From Callorhinchus milii (taxonomy: Eukaryota): DNA of 64,000 nucleotides. Each line of letters opens with the position of its first letter. Position 1 is the stretch's first letter. This document shows, piece by piece, positions 27,170 to 39,441 of this stretch. The stretch is taken from positions 10,478,001 through 10,542,000 of the forward strand of contig NW_024704750.1 in the NCBI RefSeq assembly GCF_018977255.1, read 5' to 3'. The translations under genes were made by a program, and so were the position numbers. Below the pieces are notes generated by a model, which was not told the DNA's origin, did no database searches, and saw only the letters and a program-made list of their open reading frames with translations.

Positions 27170-27300
27170 CTTAGTCAGGGCTCCTGACAACAGCTGATTA
27201 ATGTCCTCATCTCTTTTATTAAAGATAAGAGTAGCACTGCAGTCAGGAGATAGAAAGCACACCATAAATCTTCGTAAAATGAGCAGTCAAATAATCACTC
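27170..27300. promoter_or_regulatory. Candidate Hox/Pbx-type enhancer
   Basis: TGATTAATG 27195-27203, CCATAAATCT 27262-27271 directly followed by TCGTAAAA 27272-27279, and TGACA at 27185. Confidence 0.4.
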
Positions 27301-29824
27301 ATCAGAAATGAAATCTACATATATTAACACTAACACTCAGCTTTCCATGTGCGTAACCGTTAAGAAACATAAAGAGAGTACATTCTGTAAATTTTCATTT
27401 TTCACAAGGACTATTGGTTTAATGTTAGAGTTCCCGTAACCTGGATGCAGAGAATTCACCATTTAAATGCACATTTGAAAGGACCAGATGCCCTGTCATT
27501 ACGTTAAGAGCATTGAGCAGGCAACAATTAAGCGATTCAGTGGAAAGACATAATGCTGATCTATGCTAGCAATTAATCACAGAATACATTAGACAGTGAT
27601 GGGTGACCTACAAATTTTTGACAAAATAATTTTTCATCATGTTGCCGATTTCTTAGCTTAATATGCCTGCAAGGCACAAAGTCCAAACCTGTCATTTATT
27701 CCATCTCTTCTTGACAGGCGGCAACCTGTCTTCCAGACAAAATGAACATTATCTGTGCTAGCTAGACATTTAGTGCAGAGCTTAGCTTATGACTAATGAT
27801 AATAGGCAAGCAGAAATGTTAGAATGTGGAATAATGTTCTCTTTGTTAGGGAAATTTTCGGAAGAAGAAAGAAATAGGTTTACGGTCTACAGAATTAAAC
27901 ATAATAAGCTATCTTTAAAAGCATGGTAACAAACACATTTACATAGATTTTATATGTCATTTAAATAATATCACCCCAGCTGAAAATCTTAAATTTTCAC
28001 ACAAGTAATAAAATGTGTATTTTTTCGTGATGATATAATTTTGACCATTAATAAATTCTTGGTTATGAAATCCATCTTGATCATTTTTATTGTTTTTTTT
28101 CCAAGTGTAATTCACATAATTTTGCAGAATGTATCCAGTTGAGGATGTAAGTAATCTGACATGCAGTGTGGTGTTACACAGAATATTCGAAACATCTCAA
28201 ATGCTCAAAGGTTTCCACAGTCAAAGATGGATTGTCTAGCTTTGGGAATTTCACTGGTAATGCCTCACACTCTCGTGTGCACCAGTTCTCCTCCCAAATG
28301 ATGCTTTATTGTGTGGAGCTATGATGTCAAGTTGACGGCAGCAAGTAGCTGCTGCCACCAAATCCCAGGGAGAAACCAGGTTAAAAAGCAGGGTTCAAAC
28401 AAATTCATTCTCAAGAAATTTTCAAATGCAAGGGCATGTCTATTTGACCCAAGCACTAATGAAATGCAACTTGATGAAAGTTGTTCGTAGGGTAGAATAT
28501 AATTGTAGACCAGCTTTTCCATATTATTTTAGGTGAGAGGCAACACTGAACCTCTGAGTTTTCAAACATTTCTTCCACAGGAATGCAATGACACTATATT
28601 TTCCCGGCTGCTATTTGTTTATTCAATGCCCCTTCTTCTAACAGCATTTCAATCGGTCATCACAGAAGCTTTTATCCGTGTTTTTTATCATTAACAGATT
28701 CATTACAATCTGGTGACCAGAGTTCACTTATCTGGAACAGGTACAGGCACTTTCAATTAATGAAGAAGCAATCTGCTACCTGTAACAAAGGGTAATTTAT
28801 ATAAAGCGCAGTCCTTGCCACTCATAAACTTCAGTTGCAGTAAGTGAATCATTCTCTTTGTTTTTGACTATTCCTCCTTCTATTGACAAATTGAGCCCTG
28901 ACAATGCTCAAAGATAAGGCACCAAAGCAAATATTAATCCAACTGATAGAAAGTGAACAGGCTACTTTTACACATTACCCAATGCATAAGATAAAATATT
29001 CTTGTAAAATGTGTACTTACCAACGTTTATTCCTTCCTCTTTCTTTTTTCCCCTAGCTGTCTTTATTTCTGAGAGACTGTAGCTAAAGATAGACTGGACT
29101 GTCTCAAGGCAGAGAATTCTCTATGATAAACATGTAATTTTTATCCTGTATAATCTTGTTGCTCTCATAACAGTATAAATAACATGAAAGATGAAGAAAA
29201 GCATTCCCAGCTTAATCTAGCACAATTGGTACTTATTATCCTTATGGTTGTCAAAGGCATGCTTTCAAATTATCAAAGAGCAACCCTTCCACAAATCTCT
29301 TTCTAGTATTTTAACCATTCCCCAATATTTAGATATGACATATCTAAAGAAAAAAAAACAATGCAGTATCAAGCCTCAAAGCTTAAATTATTACTGTTTT
29401 TTAAGAAAAATATTTTTTTGGTCTGTAGCTGTGACCTTTATTTTATTTTAAAGCTTGAACATATATCAGCACTTCAATCTACACACAGTATGATCCCTCT
29501 TCTATAGATGCTTCACTATGTACATTTATATCAATGTGTAGAAAGCCTCAACTAGCCTAATAGGTGCTTTGATTTAGTTTTATAGTGGTCATCATCATAT
29601 TGTATTATGAACTCCAATCTAACTAGAGTTTCTGTAGCCATAAGATCTTGACATTGATTTGATATAGTGAAGGAAAGGCATTGCATACTTGTGGACATTC
29701 CTTTCTTGTCTGAGGTTTGTTCATAAAGTAGAGGAGGGGATGGGTCATGGAAATCTGAATGTCTTGTGTTTTCTCATGGATAAGGACTACTATCTTCTTC
29801 TCTAACCATGTGAACTTTCACAGT

Positions 29825-29990
29825 TGCAATGGGTTTATTTTACGGAGGGGGTGATTTATGGTTTATTTATTAAAGTAATGATAACATTCCACCGGTGAAT
29901 GATGCCAAGAGAATTATGAGCGTATCCTGTCCAATTCAAGCCACAGAGAAAAGCTGGCACTTTGTTTTTGTGGGGGGAGGATTTATTGTG
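29825..29990. promoter_or_regulatory. Candidate Hox/Pbx-type enhancer
   Basis: TGATTTATGG 29852-29861 (Pbx-posterior Hox composite), TTTTACGG 29838-29845, several TTTAT cores. Confidence 0.4.
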
Positions 29991-31056
29991 GCAAGGATTT
30001 TTTAGGCCAGCACTTGAAAAAGTTATTTGTTAATGTCTCGAAGATTGTTCTTACCTTGCCAAGGAATTATAAAGAGTAAAAGATCTATCCCATTACCTGA
30101 GACTGCCCAAGAAAGGAGAGGGAAATTATGAATTTTATGAGTAAACACAAGTGATCAGCACATGCAATTTTTTTTAAAAAAAGCTTTCAATGACAATGGC
30201 ATAAGCAATAACTTATCTGCAAAGTTATATGTATATATATCTTTTCAAAAATATTAAAGTAAATCTTAAGTGCTGCTGTGGTGACATATGCATAAGCTGG
30301 ATCCTATATTGTTCGTGATTTTCACATGGAGACAGTTCCAGCTGGAATCCTGACAGTGCTCTGTGCATTATGCAAGACTGTCATTGACTGTGACTGTTGC
30401 TTTCATTTTAGCTTCAGTGGAATTTTTTTCAAAGCGTCATCTTCCACTACTTTAATAAGCACTTTTTAAGATTAAGAGTACATTAGCTGATCTTTTAATC
30501 CATTTGACCCAAACTGTTTGGTTTCATTGTTAATGCCAGCCATTGTCCTCCTTTCACAGGTGTTTTTGAATGAGATCTTTTGTCATTTTATGAAGGGAAT
30601 ATTACTATCGCCTGTATCTTTTTACTACTGCTGTCATAGGACAAGATTAATGATTTGACTTAACTGGGAAAAGCAACCCCAAAGGTAGAACCTTTATCTA
30701 CACACTATCAGTGAATATGTTACAGCTTTTAATCAAAGAAAGACTACTCTGGATTAGTTACAACTGCATATGCAAAGTGTCAATATACTGGCTTTTGAAG
30801 CATGATTATATTAATAGGGAAGACACTTAATCCAGGCATTGCGTTTATGTTTTACAAATCCTTTAATCTGGTCCTTTGCAATTTTGCATGCAAACATTTT
30901 CTTCTCGTTTTTTTGAAAAATATGATAAAATAATATTAAAAGTCCAAGGATAACTGAGCATTGGCTTATTAACTGTAATCACTCCTTGACTTAAAAATTC
31001 AAGCTCGTTATACCCTAGATGTGGTATCATATATTTTTCAAAGATATGGGGAATAT

Positions 31057-31115
31057 GTAGGCATTAAAGCACTTTAAATAGTTACAGAGTGGTAAGTGCT
31101 TTTAAGTGCCTTTAC
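31057..31115 (+). ncRNA. Candidate pre-miRNA-like hairpin with AAGUGCU seed on the 3p arm
   Basis: gtaggcattaaagcactt pairs with aagtgcttttaagtgcctttac around a ~19-nt loop; the 3p arm starts UAAGUGCU. Confidence 0.3.
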
Positions 31116-31693
31116 TTACCACCCAGGTGGGAATGTTGCAAATACCAATCTACAGCGTTTTACCCTCTCACTGGTGGTACTTTAGGACATCCAATTATTG
31201 CACACCTTCAAAACACAATTAAACACAAGTGGGAAATAAAGCATTTGACCCATATTTGCCATCGTACTGGAATTCGAAAATCTCAGCCGAAACACCGGAA
31301 GAAGAAAGGCCCTTTCTCTGACCTTGCCTCTGAAGGAGGCTGGAAGGTTGCTGATATTTGGGACTGAGATGGATCCTGCTCAAATCAAACACTAGAAATT
31401 AATATAATAATAAAAACAGATAGTGAAAATGGATATCAGGCCAATCTGCATCTGAAGAAGAAAGGTAGGCCACAGGTTAACCTATCAGGAGGAGCTCTGC
31501 AATTGTTTCAACAGTGCCAAGCTCCACAGCAGCTGAAGAACTTCCGATGCACAAAGAAAGGCATTCGTTGTTTTCATTTGAATGTGAATAATTCATTAAT
31601 GTCTCCGGTGGGCATCTTCGCCATTTGTGACATGCTTCAAAAACAACTTTCCCAATTTTGGAAGCAGAGAACAACAGTGGCTGATATTATTTG

Positions 31694-32095
31694 AACATTA
31701 GAAAATCAAAGAGGAGAGAAATCCATTTACCTCACCGAAGCTCATCCCTTTACTACCCTATCTTACATACAGAGTATCCAGTTGTTTTTTGTTTGTGCGC
31801 CTAACCTTTTGCCTCTACTGTTCCATATGATGTATTCTTCCAGATATTTGTTGATCTGCGAGTAAAAACATCCTTCTTAATATTTGTCTTAAGACTATTA
31901 TTTACTATTTAAATATCTTCTTGTCCTATTTTCTATGTTTAATCTAGATTAAGCAGGTTTAAATTATCTGTACCACTTTAATATTTTATATATTAGTGAT
32001 GTCCCTTTTCAAGCATTTTGTGTCTAGTTAAGGTTCTTTAGTCTTTTCTCATAGCTCAGCTTCATTAAAACTGAGTCATGTTACTCTTCTATGCA
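31694..32095 (-). mobile_element. Decayed CR1 LINE 3' portion
   Basis: The minus strand shows ctgagctatgagaaaagactaaagaa (LSYEKRLKE) and gtttttactcgcagatc..atctggaa (F.S.R..IW), typical of the CR1 ORF2 C-terminus. Confidence 0.65.
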
Positions 32096-32358
32096 TTATG
32101 CTATACAATCAATCTAGAAACACGTACATAACTATGTGTTATCAAAATGTTGACGATTTCAAAGGAATGCATCAACTAAAACCAATTCACAAATTGAGTT
32201 ACTAAAAAGCCTTCTGAAGAACAAAACTAGCAGTGTATTATTTGTTGTGCAAATCGGCATGCACATAATTTGGTATGGTATCTATATTTATAAGACATGT
32301 GTAATGTCAATCTCTTGAAGACAAACAATATTGTAAACAGATATTGAATTTAATAGTG

Positions 32359-32503
32359 CAACAACAACAAAATTACATTTATAGAGCACCTTTCACGTTG
32401 GGAGGACGTCCCAAGGCGCTGGACAGTAAGGGGTCAGGACCTGAGCATGGGGAAGTGGTGGGGTAGGGGTGAGGGAAGGCAGATAGGTGGGATGGAGTGT
32501 GGG
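32359..32503 (-). mobile_element. L2 LINE 3' UTR/tail
   Basis: Minus strand cagcgccttgggacgtcctcccaacgtgaaaggtgctctataaatgtaatt(ttg)n; same family as 53934-54148. Confidence 0.88.
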
Positions 32504-32810
32504 AAATATATTTTAAAAAATAAAAAACAAGCCAAATATAGGAAAAAATGACAAATAGAGAACCAAAACACTTTGCAAGTAATCAACGAAGCAAAGAAAG
32601 CAACACAAGAATGAGTAAAACAGTCACATTTTATCCCAATGAAATTAAGATATTGTTATAACTTTTGCTGTGGTGATCCCACATTAATTCTTGTTCAGTG
32701 GAAAATGCTTTAGAAATAAGAAAAGTTCTAAAACTATGAAGTTCACAATATTCTCACATCAATAACAGGTTCAGTAGATGAGGGTAATTTTGCCCAAACT
32801 TTAGTAATGG

Positions 32811-33134
32811 AGTCCTGTAGCTCAGTGGTTAGAGCACTCGCTTTGCAAGCGAGAGACCTGAGTTCAATTCCAGGCAGGGCGAAACCTTGGGCAAGTTTCC
32901 TTACTCCACACGCCTAATGATAATCCCTCCAAAAAACCAAAAACAATAATAAAATTGGCATTTTCAATCTACGACTGTTTGTGGGACATTGCTGTGCGCA
33001 ATTGGCTGCCGCGTTCGCCCACAAATTTACAGTCAATTCACTTTACAGTGTGTTCTGTGAAGCGCTTTGGGACGTCCTTCCGACGTGAAAAGCGCTATAT
33101 CAAATGCAAGGATTATTATTATTATTATTATTAT
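32811..33134 (+). mobile_element. tRNA(Ala)-derived SINE, short/young subfamily, full length
   Basis: gtcctgtagctcagtggttagagcactcgctttgcaagcgagagacctgagttcaattcc head and a long (tta)n tail. Confidence 0.96.
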
Positions 33135-33732
33135 AATCACGTACATGCGTTTTTCTTTCATTGAAAGAAACCGTGATATAAATTGTTTCATCCAATAATC
33201 TGGTCTTATTTGTGGCTCTATATCTTTGTGAAATGATCCTCAACAATAAAGCATTTAAGTAGACGTGGTGACTTAATGTTGATCCCAATCTTTATTCCTA
33301 TTCATTCAAGGGCATCTCCTGGGAAGCATTTGTTATTCTCATCAGGATTATTTGGGAGACGAAAGCGAAGTTGGATCTGTGAGCCTTTGCAGACAAAGTT
33401 CAATTACCTTGCAGGAGTTATGGTTTTAAGAGATGGTGTAGTCTTGACACCAGAGGGTCCGCTCCCACTGAGCCACTTTTTTCTAGAGTGGAAAGCACAT
33501 AGAGCTGCAGCATGATCACTGATGGAGTAAGGCTTTAGGCTATCATCCATCAAAATCTGTACATATGAAAAACTCAGGGGATACCATAAACAGTGGGACT
33601 TCCCCTTGATTCTGGCAACCCTTTTTCCATCTGCTATTGTCTGTGCAGTAGGTTTTCTGGATCTTGTAATGGTTTCAATTAATTTCATTGGCAAAGCTTG
33701 TGTAGGCAATTTCTCCCATTCAATAGGTCTCA

Positions 33733-33912
33733 GACTCAATCGGTAGTGCTCTTTTCTCTAAGGCAGAAGGTTGTAAGTTCAAGCCACACATCAGGATGTA
33801 GTGTTGAGGAGTGCTGCATTGTCAGAGATGCCATTCCTTCAGATGAAATGTTAAACTGAGGGACTATCAGCCTGTTTTTTCAGGTAATATTAAAGATCCC
33901 ATGGCACTTTTC
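33733..33912 (+). mobile_element. DeuSINE (SacSINE1-like) 5' part with tRNA-like head
   Basis: ctcaatcggtagtgctc..cagaaggttgtaagttcaag head, then gaggagtgctgcattgtcagagatgcc..agatgaaatgttaaac..aaagatcccatggcact Deu domain. Confidence 0.8.
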
Positions 33913-33919
33913 ACTTCTC

Positions 33920-34720
33920 TTGTGACCTTCTATATAGGTTCAGATGGAAAGGTCTGATGAGGATCATGAGGTTCCAAACAATAAAGATAGCTAAAGATAA
34001 TACCTACACAAACCCTACAAAAGTGTCTGCTATAAACCTAAGCATTCCAAGAAGTGTTCCTTTGTCTATTCACAGGACTATCCGCACTGCATAAAATAAT
34101 AATAATCCTTACAATTGATATGGCTCCTATTAAGTTAATATCCTGGAAGATTTTTTTAATAGGATGTCACTAGGTTTCCCAGGGCAGTCAATCTACTATT
34201 CGATATGTTTGACAATTCTTTCACTATTTTCTGACAAGATACTTTCAGCGGTCAGACATCTGTGTAGAGGTAGACATGGAGTATCTTAAGATGCTGGTGA
34301 ATTCCTAACATAAATCGACATTAGAAATATTGTCAGTTCGAAACCAAAATAAACATCTTGTGATGGAATAGGCACTTGACATCTGAAACCTGAAGAATGC
34401 CCTCTGATGTTAACTGATGCCTATGGGGAAGTGTGTGTGTTTAAGGTCTATTTGCGACAACCAGTTTGACAATCTGCAATGATGTCGGACAAGTTACCAC
34501 TTTGACTTCCTTGCCATACTCAGATGTCCACAATGGGCTCAACCCTGTTGAACATGTTCATGATTATAACAGCATCTGTCTGATGTTCTGCCAATTTATA
34601 AGTCACTGTACCTAAAATCGACAGTCAATGTACATCAATGGGGATTGACCTCCTTATTCAGTAATCGCTGGATGAATGCTACTATCAAAATTTGGCTAAT
34701 AGGGATTTTGACTGATGTTT
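33920..34720. mobile_element. Probable Penelope-like element relics
   Basis: Hammerhead-like CTGATGA fold at 33920-33981; VCYKPKHS..YS..YPHC resembling the PLE motif VYRKPT....Y.S.HP; cagcggtcagacatctgtgtagag resembling a recalled shark PLE-derived repeat; minus-strand YID and THT remnants. Very decayed. Confidence 0.35.
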
Positions 34721-35115
34721 TGATTTTAATGGGCCCATTCTGATCCATTTGTCTTTTAGTTAATTTTTCCTCTTGGGAACATTCTAGGAAGTTGGCGAGA
34801 AGGATAACACAAACTAGGAGCTTGATATTTTGCCATTTTCACAGATATTGATTCCTCAACCTTTTTGAGTCACTGAGCACCAAATATATAAAACTCACAT
34901 GAAGTGAAGTGTGCTTAAGGGTCCAGAAATACGGTTTGGTATCATTGACGCCAAGAAAAGGGCTTTTAACAAAGCCTTAAAAGACAGATAGACAAATTGA
35001 TCTGTTTTCCCTGTTTTTGTTATGGATTTTTATGCCAATTTTGGAGAAATAGGAATGTCGGGGAGACTACAAATCATCTGTTATTGCAATCGACTGACAT
35101 TCTGTCCTGTTTAGG

Positions 35116-35133
35116 CACCACAAGGTGGTCGCT
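35116..35133 (+). promoter_or_regulatory. Weak candidate CTCF site
   Basis: CACCACAAGGTGGTCGCT resembles the CTCF core with deviations. Confidence 0.3.
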
Positions 35134-35929
35134 AAAATTGGAGCAATGTCAGGCCACAGATTTTCTGAAATTGAGTTTTATATCTGCTGTCTACAAGGAT
35201 CTCAAATCTGTCAGCCAAGCTTCAGAAATGCAAACAAAACACAGTTAAGATGTTGTGGACACTTATGACAGAGCTAAAGAGAATGCAAATTTTGTGGAGA
35301 GATCTCTAAGGGATCAAGAATTGTGTTCTATGTCTGACAAGTTTCTGAGGAGAACATCAGCATCTCATATTTTGTCATTTTTGGATTTAATGGGACAACA
35401 GAAAGTAACTGTTCTCAAAAGCATGTGATGCTCATCTGATTGTTGTACTTCAAAGCTGAAACATTGGATTTCAGTGTGAAAGCTTGGAATCCCTCAGAGA
35501 AACAAAATAAAAATCTAACACTAAAGGCATAACGCTAACATGAAAATACGCTATTTGAGATTTGACAGTACCAAATAATATACAGAATAAAATTAGCTGG
35601 TCAAATGTAGAGGAGAGCTATTTTGAAAAATGTTTACACACAGTCTTGAATCCTTTATCCAAAACAAAAACTTTCCATTAAACTAGTCAACAATCAGAAT
35701 ATCATTCAATGCTTAAATGTCTTTTTGAAGGTAGGATGTCCATTACATGTGGCCTTACATGTACATGATGTGCATGAGGTTAGAATAACTTATTTTGATT
35801 TATAATCATTATTAGTATTCATGTTTTCTTATATTAGTTAACAAGAGCCTCCATTTGACTGGAAATCTTCAATAAATGATCAATAATCACACTTAGAACC
35901 TTACACGTATTTGCCTTACAATTCATTTA

Positions 35930-36160
35930 TCCCTTCCAGGCGTATTTGCTTAATTGGTCCAGATCTTTTTGAATTCCATTTAACCTCATTTTGTTTACTG
36001 GCCAAACAATTTGTATTGCATCATTTCTGAAGAGTGTAAATAGCAGGGAACCCAGAACAAATCTTTGGTTTAAATCCGCCAATCACCTGCCCCCAAATTG
36101 TTTTTAATTCATCATTACCTTCTGCTTCCTATTGCTAAGCTAGTTTCCAATTGAAGCATG
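35930..36160 (-). mobile_element. Decayed CR1 reverse transcriptase fragment
   Basis: Minus strand IGN*LSNRKQKV...VLGSLLFTLF.ND...IQKDLDQLSKYA matches CR1 RT (WI.NWL..RKQRV, VLGPLLF..FIND, LQ.DLD.L..WA). Confidence 0.8.
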
Positions 36161-36470
36161 AGGCTAGAAGCATAATGTCCAGAGGGGAAGGTTTCCTAGA
36201 AAAATCTGGGTAATATGTAGTCTGGGGAAAGGAGGAAATATGTCCTATATGCTGGACTCCTGTCTAAGCCATGTTTACTGCACTCTGTTCTATGCCTGAG
36301 GTGATAATAATCTTACTATTACAGTGAATGGAAAAGCAAAAAGGCGAGGTCTAGGGGTCATCATTCAATTTCCTAAAGACCCTGAGGTACTTCACAGAAA
36401 CTGCTAAAAAGTTCTTCACACCAGCAATATGCACTAGATTTAATGTTTTTTTCTCCACTGTCGGACACAG

Positions 36471-36571
36471 AAAGTAACAAATATCACATCATCCTTCTCA
36501 TCCCCAATGCACTCTCTGGGGTCCCCAAGCCTTGGCTCTTGCCAACCTGCACCTAATACTTTCGGAATAAG
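36471..36571 (+). other. Candidate internal exon (coding status unknown)
   Basis: A pyrimidine tract plus CAG acceptor ends at 36470 and an AG|GTAAGC donor follows 36571; one open frame reads KVTNITSSFSSPMHSLGSPSLGSCQPAPNTFGI. No homology recognised. Confidence 0.3.
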
Positions 36572-37016
36572 GTAAGCAGAATGCGTCCCTTCAGGGGAGG
36601 AGCGAAGTAAAGTTAAGAAAACTGCCAGATGCAAAAAATTAAATTCTACTCCATTTCCCAGCCTGGCAGTCCTCACTTTGATAAGCACAAAATTCTAGAA
36701 ACATTTTGAAGAAAAAAATACATTTGAAAACTTGACACAAGGGAGAATGGATTTAAAAAAAAGTATGGTGCAAATGACCTGACAGACCTCAGACATGTCA
36801 ACCAGTCTGACCAACCATTATTACCGCTTAAGAGCTACTTAGAGCAATTTGCAGCTTCTGCTTGAGTTGCTCCAGTGAAATGCGTAACAATCTTTTTGTG
36901 TTGGTCTTACTCATAATTCTGCCGTGCCAATATAAATCGGTATGAAGTGTCAACACCTGAATCATAGTAGGCAACTGTTAAATTACTGACAGTAAGAGAG
37001 GGTACACCCAAGTTAG

Positions 37017-37312
37017 AATAATAATAATTCTTGTATTTGATATAGCACCTAATATTGACATTGAGACATCTCAAAGTGCTTCACAGAATATATTGCAAAG
37101 TGAATTGACTATGTTTTGTGGGCGAAACTTGGCAGCCAATTGGACACAGCAGTGTCCCACAAATAGTCATGTAACCAAATAATTATTTGTTTTCATTATT
37201 TTTTTTGAAGGGATTATCACCCCCGGAAAGCAATCCGCCTATCAACTAATAACCGGGTTGCTACATACTGCTAGGTAAACAGAGGCGTGTGGAATAAGGA
37301 AACTTGCCTAAG
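37017..37312 (-). mobile_element. SINE, long/older subfamily, lacking the tRNA head
   Basis: Reverse complement of the 17783 copy including the internal segment (ctaggtaaacagaggcgtgtggaataaggaaacttgcc). Confidence 0.9.
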
Positions 37313-37351
37313 ATCACGAGATTGGCAGCTCAAGGGGTTATCATGAATCAG

Positions 37352-37396
37352 AAACAACAACAACAAATTACATTCACACAGCGCCTTTCACGTCGT
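37352..37396 (-). mobile_element. L2 tail remnant
   Basis: (caa)n aattacattcacacagcgcctttcacgt, as at 32359. Confidence 0.65.
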
Positions 37397-38219
37397 TCTA
37401 TGGGCTAGTGAAAAATTTAGAACATTGGAGGAACTTTGCTGGTCCCAGGATGAGAGTTCAAAGAGAATTTTTTTTAATGAATTCAGATTAATAAATGAAT
37501 GCAATCAAAGTGATCAAATGGTTATCTGATGGCTGGCATTCTATTTCCATTCATTGACCTATCATTTCTTCCAGCCAACAATGCGTTGCCGATTATAGTT
37601 GTGTCAAGCATGTAGCAGATCAACAATTTCTTTCACTGGTGCCAGAAGCCCTGGGGCACATTAGTTTTTCTGTCAGGATTCATGCAATATAATTTCACAG
37701 ACATGTTTGTGTACTCCAATATGGGGAAACAGGATATTTCCCATCTAACCAGGTGTTCCCAATATACTATCACAGCCTCTGCCGTGCTCTCAGTATCTAA
37801 TACTAGTTACTGGTCACTTACTCAGTCAGTATCCAGCCAGGTGCTATGATCTGAATAAGCCATCGGGGAGCCCCTCACCTACTTTCATTAAACAAATAGT
37901 CATTAACATTTGATAACAAAATGTGGCAAGTCTACCAGTTGTGCAAGTATGGAATTTTAATTGCTCAGATTACTGATTGTTCATTCCCTTATTTTAATAT
38001 ACACAAGTGAAGACATGCAAATCCAATAATCAATCAAGCAAACCTGCAATCTCAGCTTTGCTATTTGTGGGTGGGAGGAGGTGAAAAGTGTAGCTGTTGA
38101 CAGGAAGAGAGTGAAATAATCACAAAGTCAGTTCATCCAATCTGTTCTTATACACACACCATGGGTGTTCATGAACTCCAAAACTTGAAGCAGTTCATCT
38201 GTCGACAATTGCAGCCAGA

Positions 38220-38345
38220 AATAATAATAATCTTTGCATTTGATATAACGCCTTATCACTTCTTCTAGATGTCTCAAAGCGCTTCACAGAATATACTGTG
38301 AAGTGAATTGACAGCGAGTGCTCTAACCACTGAGCTACAGAACTC
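38220..38345 (-). mobile_element. Internally deleted SINE (head fused to tail)
   Basis: Minus strand ctgtagctcagtggttagagcactcgct is joined directly to gtcaattcacttcacag..tatatcaaatgcaaagattatt. Confidence 0.9.
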
Positions 38346-39441
38346 CAAAATAGTGTATGGCACAGAGACCTAACAACAGCAGTGAAATAAATAAGTGGGA
38401 TAGACATTTAAAATGATGGAAAAATCAATATTTTAGAAAAATGTTATCTACACTGAAATGTGTCTTGTTTCTAATGTAGTTTTTTTTACAAATACAACTA
38501 CTAACAACTAATCCTGTCAGTCGGATACATAAAACAGATTCATACTTGTTGGCTGTCTGATCGTTAATTATTTATTTGTTCCAATGAACCTCTACAATGT
38601 GACCATTGTTCATTCTAAAAGGTATAGGTATTGAAGATCTTGTGCAAGTATTTGTTCATAAACGTACAGTAGATTATACTAACAATTTACACATGAATTC
38701 TTACCTTTATATCAGTTGCACTCTACATGAATGCATATCTATCCATAAAACCAAAATTAATAAACCACATCCTGGTTTGTTGCTCTGTTTGAACTTGGCA
38801 TTGATTGTTTCTATAAAACAATGAAGATAATATATTGTAAACTCTATGGTTTGTTGATTCCTATACAAAATTTATGACAGTCATTATTTTAAAAGCTGTA
38901 GTTGGGAAGTACAATGCATTAGCAATTTTTTTTAATTAAAATCATTTTGATTAGAATCTTAATTTCCTATAAATCAGTTCTATTCATTTTATCTTCTAAA
39001 ACATTTCTGTATGATGATCTACTTTTATTGTGGATAGAAAATAGAAGTGTCACTTTATTGACACATAGTTGATTTATAACTATTTAAACGTCTGACAAAT
39101 ATATCATCAGTGTTCCTTGATCATAATTGTAAAGTTTATTAATGATGACTATCATAACAGTTCCTTTGAAAAATGAGTTGGTATTTTTTTTTACCTGCAC
39201 AAATGCTGATAATTATCTAGTACTGCAACAAGATTAAGACAATTTTCCTGCATAACAGGTATTTACAGTATCTGAATGAAAGGATCATTAATTTTACAAT
39301 CAATTAATCTGCATAGAAATTTTGGTTTAATCATCACAATTTCTTAATGTATCATATTCAATAACATAAATAATGTACCCTCCATTTTCCTATAGATAGG
39401 ATAGTGATTTCATATGATTGGAAAGGCCAATTTCCATTAAC

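Noticed and set aside
29030-29056. Strong splice acceptors (also 21385) and donors (57846 on the minus strand)
   Set aside because: No convincing partner site or open recognisable frame; expected by chance in 64 kb.
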